This document shows, piece by piece, positions 62,376-64,000 of a stretch of DNA of 64,000 nt (positions are counted from its first letter, which is position 1; every line of letters starts with the position of its first letter). The stretch spans positions 1-64,000 of IMG/VR virus record IMGVR_UViG_3300018053_000002; one strand, 5' to 3'. The position numbers and the translations under genes are program-made. This DNA is from a virus. The notes under the pieces are model-generated. The model was not told where the DNA came from. It was given only the letters and a program-made list of their open reading frames with translations, and did no database searches.

Positions 62376-63140
62376 ATGAGTGATCGTGTGAGGGTGCCCA
62401 GTCTTCCCGAATGTGACATCCACAAATACGAGCTGAACACGACAGGGGTCACAGCTCACTACGACGGCAAGACTGTGAAGGGCCCGTGGGCCTATATGTG
62501 TGAGGGGTGCTTCACGTCTCATGGCATCGGGCTCGGGACGGGCAGAGGACAACGACTGTACGTGGAGGGTGAGGACATGAACGACAAGACCGTGCGGGTG
62601 CTGATCGTGTACCCGGACCTACCGGCCGAGACTAAGGACATCACGGCCAAGCTGAAGACGTTCCAAGAGATCGTCGGTGGCTACATCGAGGGCGTCTCTC
62701 CGGTACGTGGGACAGTGCGTTGGCACGCCTACTGCAATGAGGAAGGCAAGCTCCAGGGGCTACCGATCAACCGGATTGCCACCAACATCGCGGTCGCGGC
62801 CGGCTGGACAACGACCGATCTCCTGGTGGGTCCCGTGGTGTTCCTCGGTGACGTGGAGAGTGACGACGAGGAGGACGAGGGCGGCGAGGCCGACGTGCCA
62901 CAAGAGCTGGTCGACCTGCTCGACGTCGAGCACGTGCAGTATCGGGTCGAAATCCTGGCAACCAACGAGATCAACTGGGCCACTAACCAGCGCCGATTCG
63001 ACACTATCGCGGAGGCCGAGACGCACGCCCGTGACCTCTACTCGCGATGGATGCTGGTGGAGAAGGCCAGTGTGGTCCCCGAGTCCACGCCATATCGTCA
63101 GCCCTATGTGGCCGGTGAGCGCGAGGAGGTCAAGCTGTGA
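62376..63140 (+). CDS. Three-module fusion protein with central DUF3846-like domain
   Basis: YDGKT..GPWA.MC..CF; Q.IVGGYIE...NEEGK..GLP.N..AT; W..N..RF.T..EAE. Confidence 0.7.
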   Translation: MSDRVRVPSLPECDIHKYELNTTGVTAHYDGKTVKGPWAYMCEGCFTSHGIGLGTGRGQRLYVEGEDMNDKTVRVLIVYPDLPAETKDITAKLKTFQEIVGGYIEGVSPVRGTVRWHAYCNEEGKLQGLPINRIATNIAVAAGWTTTDLLVGPVVFLGDVESDDEEDEGGEADVPQELVDLLDVEHVQYRVEILATNEINWATNQRRFDTIAEAETHARDLYSRWMLVEKASVVPESTPYRQPYVAGEREEVKL

Positions 63141-63427
63141 GTGACGTCTGGTCAGAGGAGACGCTGCGAGTTGAGGCTGAATCGGATGGGCTCGACACGC
63201 ACGACCTGGAGCTGTTCAGCCGGTGGCTGTCGCGTGGCGATGGCGTCGCGGTCTACGAGAACCATGACCTGGGGCACCCCGAAGTGGGGCACCGGCAGTG
63301 GATGTCCTACGGGGGCACCGCCGCACAACTGGAGGTCGACACGCCACCAACCACGCTCCCGGACATCGGGGGCCGGATCCACTGGCGGTACCAACTGATC
63401 GCCACATGCCGACGTGAGGTGAAGTGA
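63137..63427 (+). CDS. Hypothetical protein
   Basis: GAGGAGG RBS, GTGA coupling. Confidence 0.65.
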   Translation: MSDVWSEETLRVEAESDGLDTHDLELFSRWLSRGDGVAVYENHDLGHPEVGHRQWMSYGGTAAQLEVDTPPTTLPDIGGRIHWRYQLIATCRREVK

Positions 63428-64000
63428 TGACCGTTCCCCACGACCGCGACCCGTCCAATATCAACTATTGCCGGACCTGCCGTACTGCGCTGGAGGTGTT
63501 CTACGGCACCGGGCACCTTCAGTACCGGCACACCCGGCCGGGCCATGACGATCACATGCCTGTACCGACGCCGGTTACCGAGCTGGACCACGTTGAGATG
63601 GTCTGTGACTTCTGTTCCGGCCCAGACGTGACGTGGTGCTACGTGCTCTCCGACATTGAGAAGAAGCAGGGCATCGTCAAGCGGGTCACCGCGGACCTGG
63701 CCGACTACCGGGATCAGCACTACGCCGCTCGTGTTCGCAAGGTTCAGACCGAGGGTACTTTCACCCGTCACATGGGCGAGCGGTGGACTGCCTGCAATGA
63801 CTGTTCTGAGGCCATCGAGGCTGACGACGTTATGGCGCTGGTACGGCACGTTACGTCGACACTGGCAACCAAGCACACCCGGGCCAATCGAATTGCAGAG
63901 ACCCGGGCCAAGCTGGTGGTTGCTTACACCGAGATGTTCTCACTGTCCCGGACCCGTGTGGCTGTCACTAAGGACAACCCGCTCGGACTACCGGGGAGAC
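63427..64000 (+). CDS. Zn-binding protein (CRTC, CDFCS, W.AC..C), 3' truncated by window
   Basis: TGATG coupling; open to window end. Confidence 0.6.
   Translation, partial: MTVPHDRDPSNINYCRTCRTALEVFYGTGHLQYRHTRPGHDDHMPVPTPVTELDHVEMVCDFCSGPDVTWCYVLSDIEKKQGIVKRVTADLADYRDQHYAARVRKVQTEGTFTRHMGERWTACNDCSEAIEADDVMALVRHVTSTLATKHTRANRIAETRAKLVVAYTEMFSLSRTRVAVTKDNPLGLPGR

Noticed and set aside
1-64000. Integrase, CRISPR array, reverse transcriptase (DGR/retron) or DNA polymerase
   Set aside because: No recognisable motifs or regularly spaced repeat-spacer array were seen. Lifestyle cannot be settled because the genome extends beyond the window.

Overview
This 64 kb window is most of the genome of a high-GC, long-tailed (siphovirus-like, HK97-fold) actinobacteriophage. 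Its BldC-like, Lsr2-like and DUF2637-like genes suggest a filamentous actinomycete host (inference). From left to right it contains: (1) 1-15.2 kb, a rightward early/middle region of tightly coupled small genes, with a vWA protein, an SPFH lipoprotein, a BldC-like regulator, a primase-helicase followed by an iteron-like origin, and a Holliday-junction resolvase; (2) 15.9-50.4 kb, the late operon: HNH, terS, terL, portal, prohead protease, capsid, tail and lysis genes; (3) 50.5-53.5 kb, a leftward operon punctuated by tRNA-T-arm-like elements and led by a roughly 500 nt structured leader; (4) 53.5-58 kb, a regulatory switch, membrane proteins, Lsr2, a SLOG protein and a ubiquitin-like (PPLAGG) gene; (5) 58-64 kb, further rightward small genes. 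No integrase or CRISPR array is visible. The main candidates for something new are: a repeated peptide tag (RxRxLxLxG, usually followed by a [WYF]...HPR...GG[RQ][FW] motif) that precedes several effector modules between portal and protease and also forms the protease C-terminus, suggesting a modular capsid cargo-loading and processing system; a 7-enzyme glycosylation/methylation cluster inside the virion genes; a large T-loop-rich ncRNA candidate with tRNA-minihelix repeats; and a phage Ubl plus Cys-partner module. All family calls come from motif recognition by eye; no database searches were run.
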